From a virus (taxonomy: Duplodnaviria; Caudoviricetes), in the IMG/VR virus record IMGVR_UViG_3300028797_000013, positions 2,912 to 66,911 of that record: DNA of 64,000 nt; one strand, given 5' to 3'. Below the pieces are notes generated by a model. The model searched no databases. It saw only the letters and a program-made list of their open reading frames with translations, and had not been told where the DNA came from. Position 1 is the stretch's first letter. The number at the start of each line of letters is the position of its first letter. Shown here one piece after another: positions 7,216-17,272 of this stretch. The position numbers and the translations under genes were made by a program.

Positions 7216-9258
7216 TCACATGTGCAGAATGCCTTCGTTCCAGATGTCATAGGCCTCCATGGCCAACAGCTGGTCCTCAGGCGGCTGCACAGTTTCTACG
7301 TCGATGTCTTCTTTATCCCGCCACGTAGGTGTGCACTTGGCAACATCCACTGTCACAGGTACCCTAAAGAGCTCCCGCTCTGTCTGGAGCCATCTGAGAT
7401 AACCCAGTAGCTCTTGCTCATCGTTAGCAACTACGTTAAGTAGTGAATCATGGACCTGGATGCTGATGTAGGTTTTGTACTTGTTAGCACGCAGGAACTT
7501 ATGAATGTCAATCATGCGCCCCTTGGTACTATCAGCAGCGGACCCCTGAATCACATAGTTCACGCAGGCATACTCACGGCCTCTCTCCAGACATACGACC
7601 CGGTGCCTTATCGTCCGAACCTTACCCCGCTCTTTACCGACCTTATTGGCTGTCCTGATAAACATATCAACCTCGGGTGCATTCTTCAGGAACTGCCTCA
7701 TTGCAAGACCAGCCTCTTCAAGGCTTAATCCTGTCATCTGGGCGACCTTCGAAGCACCGGCGCCATAAACAATTGCAAATTCCACTGACTTACTGATGTT
7801 GCGCAGCTCCTTGGACACCTGATCATATGGGATGCTATAGATGATGCTGGCCACAGCCTTGTGGATATCACCGCCGCTGTTAAGCACATCCATCAGATAC
7901 TGTGAACGGCTATAATGAACCAGGATAATGGACTCTTGACTCTTGAAATCAAAGTCGTAGAGGGTGAAGCCTTCAGGAGCTACAAAGGCATTGCGCACAC
8001 GAGAATCTTTGCGGCGAGGCATATTCTGCATCGAGGGAACACTGATAGAGAATCTACCTGTCTTTGCCTCCATGGTGTTGATGTTGCAGTGGACCACATT
8101 GTTTGCATCAGCCAGCTCATACAATTTGATGGCAAATGTATTGAGTAGCTTCTCGCTTGCTTTGTACTGCTGAATGTCTGCAATCAGTGGCACACCTTCT
8201 TGTTCAAGACGTTCCATCTCAAATTTATCAAAGCTCGGGTTACCTTCGGTGATACCCTTTGCAAGCATCGCTTCAGTGGGTGGCTTTCTCTTGACTTTGT
8301 TTGCATAGCCGAGACGCTGAAGCACACTGTAGAGCTGTGCACTACTGTTGATGTTGAATCTACACCCGGCATCCTCGTAGATCTTCCGCTCAGCTTCATC
8401 GACTTCCTGCTGGAGCTCAGGGATAAGCTTGTTTGCATAGGCAGGGTCAAGCAACACGCCGTTACGCTCCATCCAATAAGCTACGATAATCATCTGAGAC
8501 TCGATCTCGTAGAGATCCTGCTGGTCATCAATAGTCAGCAGAGGGTACAGCCAACCGAATGCCTTCATAGTGTTCCAGGTGTCAGCTCCGGTGTACTGAA
8601 TCATCAGCTCTTTGGGGAACTCGCGGTAGTCGGTGATCCGATGCAGCGCTTTGTAAGCATCAAGCATGTGCTCAAACTCAGGGATTGCCTCGATTCCCTG
8701 CTCTACCATTGCCTCGGCAAGACTCAACAAGCTGTGCTGGAAAGCATCAGGTCTGAGCAGCTTACTCAGATGCATTGTGTCATGCAGACGACCCTTAATG
8801 TCTACACCAGTGTTTGCAAACATATGCAGGTCGAAGTCGATGTTGTGACCAACCTTACTGATGCTCCTGTCACTGAGCAGTGGCTGCAGCTTCTTGAACT
8901 CTCCCCACTTGTTCTGCAGTGTGTCATAGACCACAAAGCTCTTGTGCCCATCACAGATACTGTAGCAGAACGGGAAGTCATTCGGGATGTACTTGGAACC
9001 CCGTTTAATCCATCGGCGCTGCACTGTTGTAGGCATGCGATTATTGTCTATCTGCGGATACGCAAAGGTTTCTGTGTCGATCGCAATAAACCGTTCGCCA
9101 GGCATAAGACGAAACTCCATCGGTTGGATCTCATCGAGCACTTGTTCAGCAGTAGCTTCAACTAGGAATGGCTTCTTCAGCTGACTAAAGGTTCGTGGAT
9201 CATATTGAGCTACAGACCGTGGGACAATTGTTGCACTATGCTTTGATACGATTGCCAA
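7216..9258 (-). CDS. polA: DNA polymerase, family A, with 3'-5' exonuclease
   Basis: Exo motifs IDTET, HNIDFD, YTGAD; TGRFS..PSMQNMP; motif A DFKSQE; motif B KSVEFAIVYG; NYVIQGSAAD; motif C VHDS. TTG start 8 nt after AAAGGAG (track start 9267 abuts the SD). Confidence 0.95.
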   Translation of the reverse strand: MAIVSKHSATIVPRSVAQYDPRTFSQLKKPFLVEATAEQVLDEIQPMEFRLMPGERFIAIDTETFAYPQIDNNRMPTTVQRRWIKRGSKYIPNDFPFCYSICDGHKSFVVYDTLQNKWGEFKKLQPLLSDRSISKVGHNIDFDLHMFANTGVDIKGRLHDTMHLSKLLRPDAFQHSLLSLAEAMVEQGIEAIPEFEHMLDAYKALHRITDYREFPKELMIQYTGADTWNTMKAFGWLYPLLTIDDQQDLYEIESQMIIVAYWMERNGVLLDPAYANKLIPELQQEVDEAERKIYEDAGCRFNINSSAQLYSVLQRLGYANKVKRKPPTEAMLAKGITEGNPSFDKFEMERLEQEGVPLIADIQQYKASEKLLNTFAIKLYELADANNVVHCNINTMEAKTGRFSISVPSMQNMPRRKDSRVRNAFVAPEGFTLYDFDFKSQESIILVHYSRSQYLMDVLNSGGDIHKAVASIIYSIPYDQVSKELRNISKSVEFAIVYGAGASKVAQMTGLSLEEAGLAMRQFLKNAPEVDMFIRTANKVGKERGKVRTIRHRVVCLERGREYACVNYVIQGSAADSTKGRMIDIHKFLRANKYKTYISIQVHDSLLNVVANDEQELLGYLRWLQTERELFRVPVTVDVAKCTPTWRDKEDIDVETVQPPEDQLLAMEAYDIWNEGILHM

Positions 9259-9350
9259 GCTCTTCACTCCTTTCTTTATTCAGGCGCGACGTGCCTTTGT
9301 ACGACTCGCAGCCTATAATAAGAGCGCCTGCACGCGCTCCTATTATAGTT

Positions 9351-9382
9351 ATTATACTGCATTATGCGCGGTATCTACACCG
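9351..9382 (-). promoter_or_regulatory. Phage-motif promoter (copy 2 of 5), upstream of polA
   Basis: CGGTGTAGATACCGCG-N10-TATAAT. Confidence 0.75.
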
Positions 9383-9662
9383 TGACTTCGCCCTTGCTTT
9401 CTGCTTGTGCAAGGAAGATCAAGGCGGCGTCGGTGAGTACGTAGTAGTACCGGGGCCTGATCTGCTTATCAGACACATTGTACTTTTTGAGTAAGCGGTT
9501 AGCTACCAGGTCATCTACCACCAACCGCACTTTGGTGACTTTAAGCTGCGTAGCGTCTGCCAGCATCTGAAGGGACATGTAGCTAATGTGCTCGGCGCGG
9601 TTCAGATCGGTGACTGCCTCCAGAACCTTTCTACGCTCCTCGTCAGTTACAACTATCTCCAT
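9375..9662 (-). CDS. Winged helix-turn-helix DNA-binding protein
   Basis: SLQMLADATQLKVTKVRLVVDDLVANRLL...PRYYYVLT pattern. Confidence 0.7.
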   Translation of the reverse strand: MEIVVTDEERRKVLEAVTDLNRAEHISYMSLQMLADATQLKVTKVRLVVDDLVANRLLKKYNVSDKQIRPRYYYVLTDAALIFLAQAESKGEVTV

Positions 9663-10158
9663 TGTTGCTCTGTGCCTCCTTTCTGATCTCCTCTACGAGC
9701 TGCTGCTCATATTCCCTTCCGAGAAAAGGAGCAGCAGACTGCTTGAGGTCTAAGTGAAGCGTCGGGATGCCGGCTTCCTGTAGCAGTCGCAAACCCTCAG
9801 GATCTTTCCAGGGCTCAAGGTAGAACAGTCTGCGGATTCCACTGTTAATCATGAGTGCTGCGCAGGTCGGGCAGGGTGCAAGCGACGTGAACATAACTTT
9901 ATCCTCATCATCGCTACGGTCCTTGGCAATGGCATTAGCTTCGGCATGTACGCAGTGGTACTTACCACCAAGCCCGCAGAGGCACTGTGGCCCACCCTTG
10001 GGTCCACCATTAACACCGATAGCATACACCTGGCTGCCCATCCGGTCGGTAATTACTGCAGCTACACCCCGCTGCTCACATTTTGAGAGCGTTGCAAGGT
10101 CTTTTACAAATCGACCGAATACAAGCGTCCTGGGATTATCTGCAGATAGAAACTTCAT
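9643..10158 (-). CDS. dCMP deaminase (ComEB-like)
   Basis: HAEANAI and PCPTCA zinc motifs; lies in the dTTP operon. Confidence 0.9.
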   Translation of the reverse strand: MKFLSADNPRTLVFGRFVKDLATLSKCEQRGVAAVITDRMGSQVYAIGVNGGPKGGPQCLCGLGGKYHCVHAEANAIAKDRSDDEDKVMFTSLAPCPTCAALMINSGIRRLFYLEPWKDPEGLRLLQEAGIPTLHLDLKQSAAPFLGREYEQQLVEEIRKEAQSNNGDSCN

Positions 10159-10988
10159 ATAAATCGCTCCTCGAAGTGCTTGGTCTCCAGGAACCGCTGC
10201 CTAAAAGGTGCCAGTGGTTCTCTGTAGATGTCATACTTGTCCATGACGTTGAGTAAATAAACACGAATCTCTTTTGACTTTTGGAAGTGCTCAAGAGTGG
10301 AGAACACCTTATACCGTTTGACCAGTCTATCCTTGGTAATGCGGTTGCTATAGTGTTTATGTTGACAGTCACTACACAGTGGGATGACATTCCACGGTGA
10401 ATAGCTACCATTAAGATAGCGCGGGAAGTACATCGTCCTGACTTCGATCCTGCCGCCGCACATAGCACACCCATTGAAGAAGTTGCAGCGCTTCTGCCAT
10501 TCATCCTCTGTCAGAAGATAAGCAGGTGCTGCTGCTAGGACTGCACGCCAGGCACGCTCATAGGCTTCCGCATAGTCATAGAACTGTCGCTGTAAGTCTA
10601 TGAATGCATCAGGCTCGCCAGTATCCATGAAATACTTATCATAGTACAGTGATGCATTTATGCAGTCCTTGCAAAGTCCTGACTCCAGGTAGATTCTGCC
10701 ACATGTTTCAGTATCTACACAGCGCGTCTTACGCCAGCTGGGAGGAACCCAGTTTTTGCCGCAGCGATCGCAGACCTCTCTGACAATCACTGGGTTCCCT
10801 TCTCTGAAAGTTATCTTGTATAGAGACCAGTCAGGTTTGGACTCATGCTGCTTGATAACTGAATCACCAAGCTGCATAACTACAGCAGGTACGGCCATAG
10901 CAACGTCAAACAGCTCAGGCGGATCATCCCGCGGCTGAATCGACCGTGGATCAAGGTACTTGCTTTGGTCACTCCGCCGCTTTGCCAT
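10155..10988 (-). CDS. Zn-finger protein with degenerate HNH-like domain
   Basis: LTEDEW..CAMCG..P..NG...NVIPLCSDCQ; catalytic (D/E)H absent; start moved to MAKRR. Confidence 0.7.
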   Translation of the reverse strand: MAKRRSDQSKYLDPRSIQPRDDPPELFDVAMAVPAVVMQLGDSVIKQHESKPDWSLYKITFREGNPVIVREVCDRCGKNWVPPSWRKTRCVDTETCGRIYLESGLCKDCINASLYYDKYFMDTGEPDAFIDLQRQFYDYAEAYERAWRAVLAAAPAYLLTEDEWQKRCNFFNGCAMCGGRIEVRTMYFPRYLNGSYSPWNVIPLCSDCQHKHYSNRITKDRLVKRYKVFSTLEHFQKSKEIRVYLLNVMDKYDIYREPLAPFRQRFLETKHFEERFI

Positions 10989-10992
10989 AGGA

Positions 10993-11472
10993 TCACCAGG
11001 CAGCTGTGGTGTTGTAAACCACCAGCGGAAGACGCTTGATATTACGCATAACCTCATCATACTTCTGGCAGATAGCTTTATGCTGGTCGCCATTCTTGAT
11101 ATAGGTCTCGCCGCGCTGCAGACACCTGGACCACAGCTTACGCTGAACACCAGTGCAATAGATGACCAGGCCACCACCAGAACTACGTACTGCATGCTCC
11201 AGGCAGTCTTTGTGCTGCTCGGTCATTTCCTGCTTACCGCGCATCACGGGCCCATACACCAGATCAGAGTACCAGCTACGATCGAAGATAATCGTGCGAC
11301 CATCAGTAGCCTTTTCAATAGCAGCCAGGTATACCTGCCAGTAGTTTGCTGCCTCCTCAGGGGTCGCCGGGGTGCCGAAGTGCATGATTTCAGACCCAGG
11401 AGATGCCGCTTTAATCTGCTGCGCCAAGGTAGTTTTGCCGGCACCATCGGGACCATCAATGATATAGATCAT
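10993..11472 (-). CDS. Thymidylate/dNMP kinase
   Basis: IIDGPDGAGKTT P-loop; FDRSWYSDLVY. Confidence 0.8.
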   Translation of the reverse strand: MIYIIDGPDGAGKTTLAQQIKAASPGSEIMHFGTPATPEEAANYWQVYLAAIEKATDGRTIIFDRSWYSDLVYGPVMRGKQEMTEQHKDCLEHAVRSSGGGLVIYCTGVQRKLWSRCLQRGETYIKNGDQHKAICQKYDEVMRNIKRLPLVVYNTTAAW

Positions 11473-12254
11473 CAGAAATCCCTCCTGTAGATGAGCGGGA
11501 ACTCCCTCTTCAGGATGCTCGTCGGGGTCATTGCGCCGAGAGGATTCCCACAGGTGAACTTACCTTCCTGGCAGCCACGGCTCTGGCAGTCAGGCCCACA
11601 GTTCTTCCACATGCCACTGTAGTCCGGGTGCCAGTAAAGCTGCTCCCAGATCTTCAGCAACACATACTGCGTTTCCAGGGTGTTGCGATTGCACGTGCGC
11701 TGGTTGATGATGTGCATAAGCTCAAACGGCTGAACACTCATCAGCAACACGTTGCGCATACCCTGGGGCATCTTGTAGCCAGCAGCATCGTTGCCAACTA
11801 CTTCAGCCAATTTCCTGTACTCCTCGAGGTCACGATGGCAGCCTTCCAGGTAGTAGTCTACTGCATCCATATCCTCGATCGTCGTACGCTGCGCACTGGC
11901 TTTGAGGATCTCATACGGCACACAGAACTGTGCATCATCTGAGTAATCGCTGTACTGCAGGCTACCGGACATGAACTTTACTTCATTCTGATGCCGGGTG
12001 ATTTGCGCCAGGAAGCGCCGCGACGCACCAACGATTGCAATGTTGATAAGTGCAAACTTCTGAATGGTGGGATGCGGCAGCCGTGCCATTGTCTCCACAG
12101 TAGTCCTGTTGTAGGGCTTGTTCAGCAGATCGATGAAGTCCTCCATGCTGGAGATCTTGTGGCTGCGCTGCGTCAGACGGGCCATGGCTACCATCATCTC
12201 TTCAGCCTGCCCGAGCTGACCAGGGTTAAGTATCTTAACTTCAATACGATTCAT
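11472..12254 (-). CDS. thyX: FAD-dependent thymidylate synthase
   Basis: SRRFLAQITRHQ...SGSLQYSD ThyX motif; P.GM...L; QRTC..N..E. Confidence 0.88.
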   Translation of the reverse strand: MNRIEVKILNPGQLGQAEEMMVAMARLTQRSHKISSMEDFIDLLNKPYNRTTVETMARLPHPTIQKFALINIAIVGASRRFLAQITRHQNEVKFMSGSLQYSDYSDDAQFCVPYEILKASAQRTTIEDMDAVDYYLEGCHRDLEEYRKLAEVVGNDAAGYKMPQGMRNVLLMSVQPFELMHIINQRTCNRNTLETQYVLLKIWEQLYWHPDYSGMWKNCGPDCQSRGCQEGKFTCGNPLGAMTPTSILKREFPLIYRRDF

Positions 12255-12504
12255 TCTTATCCTCCTGATTCAATGCTTCATTTATTGCAGCATCGACTCG
12301 CTCTTTGAGATCAGGATGCTGCCTAAAGAAGATGTCATACTGCTCTTGGAGCAGCTTTGCTGTCAGGCCGATCGTCACAATATCGGCATCAACGAGGATA
12401 GTAGTTGCTTTGGTACTCTCTGAATAAGTAGCTACTATCCTCTCGTTGCTACTGAAGCCGCTACGACCAGCCGACCGTACGTTGTAGGTGCAGGTTAGTC
12501 GCAT
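12241..12504 (-). CDS. Hypothetical protein
   Basis: GGAGG SD; coupled to thyX. Confidence 0.7.
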   Translation of the reverse strand: MRLTCTYNVRSAGRSGFSSNERIVATYSESTKATTILVDADIVTIGLTAKLLQEQYDIFFRQHPDLKERVDAAINEALNQEDKNESY

Positions 12505-12512
12505 GATGCCTC

Positions 12513-12920
12513 CTACTCGGTGTCTTTCTTGTACTCATCAGTCTTGGTCTGTCGTCTGTAGTTCTCTTGGAGCTTGCTCTCATACATCATAAAAAGCTCC
12601 TCTGCAGTCAGACCAAGTCCGAGGCAGATCGTGAGGAAGAAGTGCAGAGCATCTACAAGCTCCATCCTTGCCTTCTGCCACTTGAGGGCGTTATCAGGCT
12701 CGAAGTCAGAGTACCTCTTCCAGGGCTTAAAGAACGGGATCTCGTGGAGCATTTCGTGCAGCTCATCTGTTACCATGAGCACATGAAGCCTGATGTACTC
12801 GCCCCGCTCCTTCTCACTCATGCCAGAGATGTCATAGCCCATGTAGCTCTCGAACTTTGCCTGATCAGCAAAGAGCTCACAGAGCATATCAATCTTGGGC
12901 TGATGGCTACTATTGTCCAT
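12513..12920 (-). CDS. All-alpha (dimeric/MazG-like) dUTPase
   Basis: DELHEMLHEIPFFKPWK and ELVDALHFFL motifs; K..EN..RQ. Confidence 0.8.
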   Translation of the reverse strand: MDNSSHQPKIDMLCELFADQAKFESYMGYDISGMSEKERGEYIRLHVLMVTDELHEMLHEIPFFKPWKRYSDFEPDNALKWQKARMELVDALHFFLTICLGLGLTAEELFMMYESKLQENYRRQTKTDEYKKDTE

Positions 12921-12930
12921 TATGAACCTC

Positions 12931-13986
12931 CTACTTGATCGTCAGGGACGTAGTCTGATACGGTGTGACACAGGCCTTATAGGCTTCTGGGAACTCCTTG
13001 GCCAGCTTATCCATATCAGCCTTTCTACGGTTAGTCACAGTCACAGCCATGGTGTGATCACCGATAACTGCATTACAGGACTTACCGATGTAAGCAAAGA
13101 GCTGTGCGTAGAGGGCTTTCTTAACCTTCTCGAGCTGGCTGATCTTCTCTCGAATGTCGATGTAGCCCTGGATGACATTGGAGCTTTCGTCATCATTAAG
13201 CAACACGGGCGGCTCAGCAGGGTCATGCTCGGCTGCCTGCAGTTCTTCCAGGTCACCATCGGATGCTTTGGGCTCGATCCCCTTGAGAACATTGTTCTGC
13301 CAGAAGTCAGCAGCTGCGATGGTTTCCTTCTTAAAAAGCTCCTCATCAGCTGGCATGTCATTGTAGGCATAGAGCTTCTGGCCACCTACCAGGCAAGTGA
13401 TGCAGTACTGATCAAGGTGACAGATACCGCAATACCAGTTTGTCTGGCACAGATAGTAGAAGGGGAGGGGCCCTTCGCTCCAGGGCTCTTCGTTGTAGGC
13501 ACTGGTGGTCTTGATCTCCAGAATACCCGTGATCGTCCGCCGATCATCCGACAGTGTGAAGCCATCCACATTGGCGAGCATCCACGGGAACTCTTCGCTC
13601 TGGATGGTCACCGGGATGTGGATCCATTGGCGCTCATAGCGCTTGCCCCACTCTGTAGCTACGATGGTCTCCAGCAGATTGCCCCACCGCGCTGCTTCGT
13701 TCTGTGTGGGTTGCTTGTCGCTGTCGAACATGTCAAGCTTCGACATCCAGATCTTCCTGGGGCTGCTCCACGGGTTCTCGTCGAGGATCGTCGCGATGTC
13801 GGAACCACCGATGCCATGCGTCCTGGCCCGCAACCAGCCATCAGGATTCTCTTCTTGAGCTGCTGCTGAGAACAGCTTGCAACCCTTCAGCTGGCTCAGA
13901 TAGTAGACCCACTCACGGGCCTGGGACTCCGGGACGCTAGGACGCGTCCTGCAAATGATATCAAACAGTTCCTCAGGTCCCTGCAT
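12931..13986 (-). CDS. YqaJ/lambda-exonuclease family recombination nuclease
   Basis: WL..R..GIGGSD, WGNLLE, LANVDG, ILEIKT, Y..Q..WY motifs. Confidence 0.9.
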   Translation of the reverse strand: MQGPEELFDIICRTRPSVPESQAREWVYYLSQLKGCKLFSAAAQEENPDGWLRARTHGIGGSDIATILDENPWSSPRKIWMSKLDMFDSDKQPTQNEAARWGNLLETIVATEWGKRYERQWIHIPVTIQSEEFPWMLANVDGFTLSDDRRTITGILEIKTTSAYNEEPWSEGPLPFYYLCQTNWYCGICHLDQYCITCLVGGQKLYAYNDMPADEELFKKETIAAADFWQNNVLKGIEPKASDGDLEELQAAEHDPAEPPVLLNDDESSNVIQGYIDIREKISQLEKVKKALYAQLFAYIGKSCNAVIGDHTMAVTVTNRRKADMDKLAKEFPEAYKACVTPYQTTSLTIK

Positions 13987-14275
13987 TTGCAACTTCCTCC
14001 AGTTTCCGCAGGTACGCCTCAGCCATGCCGAGAGGAGCCACTGCACACCTTATCTCGAAGTCAATCTGCTGCTGTGCGGGGTTGATCGGGATGACTTCCC
14101 CAGGCTGCAGAATCGTTCTTTTCCTGCAGATATAAGCGCGCTGCAGAACATGATACTGTTCGCCATCAGGCAGTACAAGCACATCGCCAACTACAGGTGT
14201 AGGAAAGATGTTCTCAGCCGACCCAAAAGAGCACAGACCTTCCTGGCTCAGGGCGTCAACTACCGTGATAATCAT
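13973..14275 (-). CDS. Hypothetical protein
   Basis: GGAGG SD; between primase-helicase and YqaJ. Confidence 0.7.
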   Translation of the reverse strand: MIITVVDALSQEGLCSFGSAENIFPTPVVGDVLVLPDGEQYHVLQRAYICRKRTILQPGEVIPINPAQQQIDFEIRCAVAPLGMAEAYLRKLEEVANAGT

Positions 14276-14283
14276 AGTTCCTC

Positions 14284-17208
14284 CTAGATTTCAGATTTAT
14301 TTGCACTAAACCGCTTCTGCCTAGCTTCACGAATTTCGCTATCCGTGGGCGGTTCCATGAGCATCCCCTCAATGAAAGTCAATCCCATGGGTGTCCGTTT
14401 GTAGTCCTGGCCTGCACGTTCAATAACTGAGCTACTAATAAGGAACTGCATCAATAGTTTCAGCTCATCACGATCCAGACCAGTAGCATCTTCAAGCTGG
14501 TTCCTATTGAAGTAGGGCAGCTGATAAAGTGCCTTTGTGATTCCTGTGATAGTCTGACTTGCGATCGGAATGCTTATGTACTCCTCACGTAGCCGTGCCA
14601 TTGCACCATCTGTTGTGTCGCTACTCTCAAACTCATCCTGTGAAAATCTATCGTAACCCATTGCACGTTGATCGTATACAGCAATCAGGTATTCATATAC
14701 AAAGTCTACATGCTCAGGTTTCACTACCACCTTTTGCCAGGACTCATCAGTCGAGCAAACACAGGCAGCAGCTGCGACAGAAAGCCGCGCAAGTTTGAGG
14801 CGTTGGTCTGCTGGTTCTACAAGAGGTATTCGAGGGCTATACTTCTTGCCCATCTTTTCAGCATAATCTAAAATCCGCTGAGTAGCTTCAGTTGTAAACT
14901 GAACATCCTCAGGGCGCCTAGACCATGCCCACATTACTCGTAGGTTACAGGCTCTGCTAGTATACCTGTGCGGAACTGCAGGCATTTCACCTACTGCTCT
15001 GTTAACTGTCTTTGTGTCGACTTCACCGGAAGCCACTGCAACGGCAAAGTCAAGTCTACGGACATCCTCTGCTTTACCCCAGAGCTTAAGTATTGCAGCA
15101 ACACCGTAGGTCTCTGCTCTGAGCTGCCGCCCATTGCGTGGATTGCTGATGAAAATCATCCTGGTACGTGCTGTTGTCTCAGCCACAATAACACCAGTAG
15201 CTTTTGCGATGCCAGACGAACGAACATCAGACATCTTTGCAAGATCATCCTCTGCCATACCAGAGAGCTCATCTACTGTCACCAGACCTCCATCATTCAG
15301 AGGCATTGCGCCCCAGATAAGTGTCCAGTTACCTTTATTGCCATTCTGCTGAATGCTGTAGACAAGACCGGTTCTACGAGAAGATTCACCTGATAAAAGC
15401 TCACCAGCTCTATAGTGAGACATCAACCGTTCTACCAGTGTGGTCTTCGCTTGCCCAGAGTCACCAATGACGAGACACTCGACCCAGCCACGCTTTACTG
15501 GTTGCTCTTGGAACATAAAAGAAATTGCTGAATGATACACCAGATCTACTGCGAAAGCTACTCGCCGTCTGTCCCAGATATAAGTGACGTTGCGCTCGAG
15601 GTCTTGGTGGATCTCGTGGAACTTTTGTGTCACTGTCTGACCTTCAGTGCACTGGAACAGCTTAAGCTGCTCTTCAACTTCAGGAGTGAGTGTGAACTCT
15701 TCGGCCAGATCTTTCTCCGGAAGTGCTGTGTCGAATACATAAGTAGCTCGCTGATTATTAGGGTCAGCATGCATATATCCGACCAGCATGTACTTCTTGT
15801 TCGTTGGCAGGTTGTTGCCGATCATGTAGCCACTTCTACTTACATACTCCTGACGCAAAGCAAAGCCAAAGTTTACATCAGCTTTTGGGATCATCTGAAT
15901 ACATTCCAGATTACCATATGCTTTAATGTTCACATCTGACTTCATGCACCGTGCACTGGCACCAGCAACACGCTTCAGTGTCTCGAGCTGCTTGTCGTCT
16001 GGACAGTCGATCAGCTTAAGAATCAGTGCATCTTTACTAGTCAAAGAGAGGTCTTGCCGCTTCTTATAACACAGCAGACATGCAGCACATTTCTTGTCAT
16101 CAGGATCAGCAGCATCGCAGCTAACTGTTACATCTTTCGGGTAGATAAAAGGGGCATTTTCTTTACCAGCTACCAGTACAGGGACTTTAATGCGCTTGCC
16201 AGCATAATGAGCATCTGAGCTCTTTGAGAGGGCAACTACTGGAATCTCATCAGCAGCATTGTCCAAAGGCTTAAACAAGGCTCTAAATGATGCGCGGTCA
16301 TGGCCCTCTGTAACAAACCAGTCGGTTACGTCACCTTTCTTAGTAAAGTCCTCAGGCCAGTTAACCACGAAGATCTCAGTGCTGCCACGAAGTTGCTCTA
16401 TAAGCTGATCAGTTGCTTTGCTACCCGCTAGATCATTATCATAGCAGATATAAACTCTACGCTTAGTCTTGAGTAGCTTAAGCCACTCTATACGCAGATT
16501 GTTTGCACCAGCAGTACCTGTACATGCCGGAATGTTGTTCTGCTCGCAAACAAGACGATCCCATTCACCTTCGCACCATACTACAGCAGTACACTTCTCA
16601 TCTGTGAGGTTCTCTATGCCATAAATGCGATTCTCGCCATAGGTGTTACCCATGACGTCAGTATAGTTGATCATCTTCAGCCCATCTTCAGGGCTGTTCC
16701 ACATGTATCTACGGATGTTTGCAAGCTCACCATTTTCATCGTAGATTGGGATAGTTACACGGTCTCCATCCCAGCCAATCTGAAATCGTACGAGCGTTTC
16801 ATCAGTAAGGCCCCGCTTCTCACGAAGCACATCACGAATCACGCTTGTAGACTCCATCAAGGCTCTGTGCCATTTACCAGGTAGCCCTGGGTCAATGAGC
16901 GGCCGAGTATCTACATCAGTAGGTCTTTCAAAGCCAAGTCCATCGCCCAGTACATACCAGCCCTCAACATTGTCGAGGTGTCTGGTCTCACAGAGAAATG
17001 TATGTATGTTTCCTTTCGAACCACATGCATTGCAGAAATAGACACCTGACTGTACATTTACTGTAAAGCTTGGGTCAGAGTCTTGCCCAGACAAATGGCG
17101 CTCTGGAAACGGGCATCTACACTTGAGCTCAGAGCCGTGTTGCCGATAGTCTAACCCACGGCTCTTGAGCTCGTCTGTGTAAAACGCCGCTGGATCGACC
17201 GTTTGCAA
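14284..17208 (-). CDS. DnaG-type primase (Zn finger + TOPRIM) fused to MCM-family AAA+ helicase
   Basis: CPF..H...DPSF...C..CG; VWCEGEWD and YDNDLAG TOPRIM motifs; GDSGQAKT Walker A, S..GL, NDGGLVTVDE Walker B, SNP sensor, RRLD finger; TTG start. Confidence 0.9.
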   Translation of the reverse strand: MQTVDPAAFYTDELKSRGLDYRQHGSELKCRCPFPERHLSGQDSDPSFTVNVQSGVYFCNACGSKGNIHTFLCETRHLDNVEGWYVLGDGLGFERPTDVDTRPLIDPGLPGKWHRALMESTSVIRDVLREKRGLTDETLVRFQIGWDGDRVTIPIYDENGELANIRRYMWNSPEDGLKMINYTDVMGNTYGENRIYGIENLTDEKCTAVVWCEGEWDRLVCEQNNIPACTGTAGANNLRIEWLKLLKTKRRVYICYDNDLAGSKATDQLIEQLRGSTEIFVVNWPEDFTKKGDVTDWFVTEGHDRASFRALFKPLDNAADEIPVVALSKSSDAHYAGKRIKVPVLVAGKENAPFIYPKDVTVSCDAADPDDKKCAACLLCYKKRQDLSLTSKDALILKLIDCPDDKQLETLKRVAGASARCMKSDVNIKAYGNLECIQMIPKADVNFGFALRQEYVSRSGYMIGNNLPTNKKYMLVGYMHADPNNQRATYVFDTALPEKDLAEEFTLTPEVEEQLKLFQCTEGQTVTQKFHEIHQDLERNVTYIWDRRRVAFAVDLVYHSAISFMFQEQPVKRGWVECLVIGDSGQAKTTLVERLMSHYRAGELLSGESSRRTGLVYSIQQNGNKGNWTLIWGAMPLNDGGLVTVDELSGMAEDDLAKMSDVRSSGIAKATGVIVAETTARTRMIFISNPRNGRQLRAETYGVAAILKLWGKAEDVRRLDFAVAVASGEVDTKTVNRAVGEMPAVPHRYTSRACNLRVMWAWSRRPEDVQFTTEATQRILDYAEKMGKKYSPRIPLVEPADQRLKLARLSVAAAACVCSTDESWQKVVVKPEHVDFVYEYLIAVYDQRAMGYDRFSQDEFESSDTTDGAMARLREEYISIPIASQTITGITKALYQLPYFNRNQLEDATGLDRDELKLLMQFLISSSVIERAGQDYKRTPMGLTFIEGMLMEPPTDSEIREARQKRFSANKSEI

Positions 17209-17272
17209 TATTCTATTGCGATAGTCCTTCCAGTTTATGGCGAATCACCCTTTCCGCTACGCTGCTTTATGT

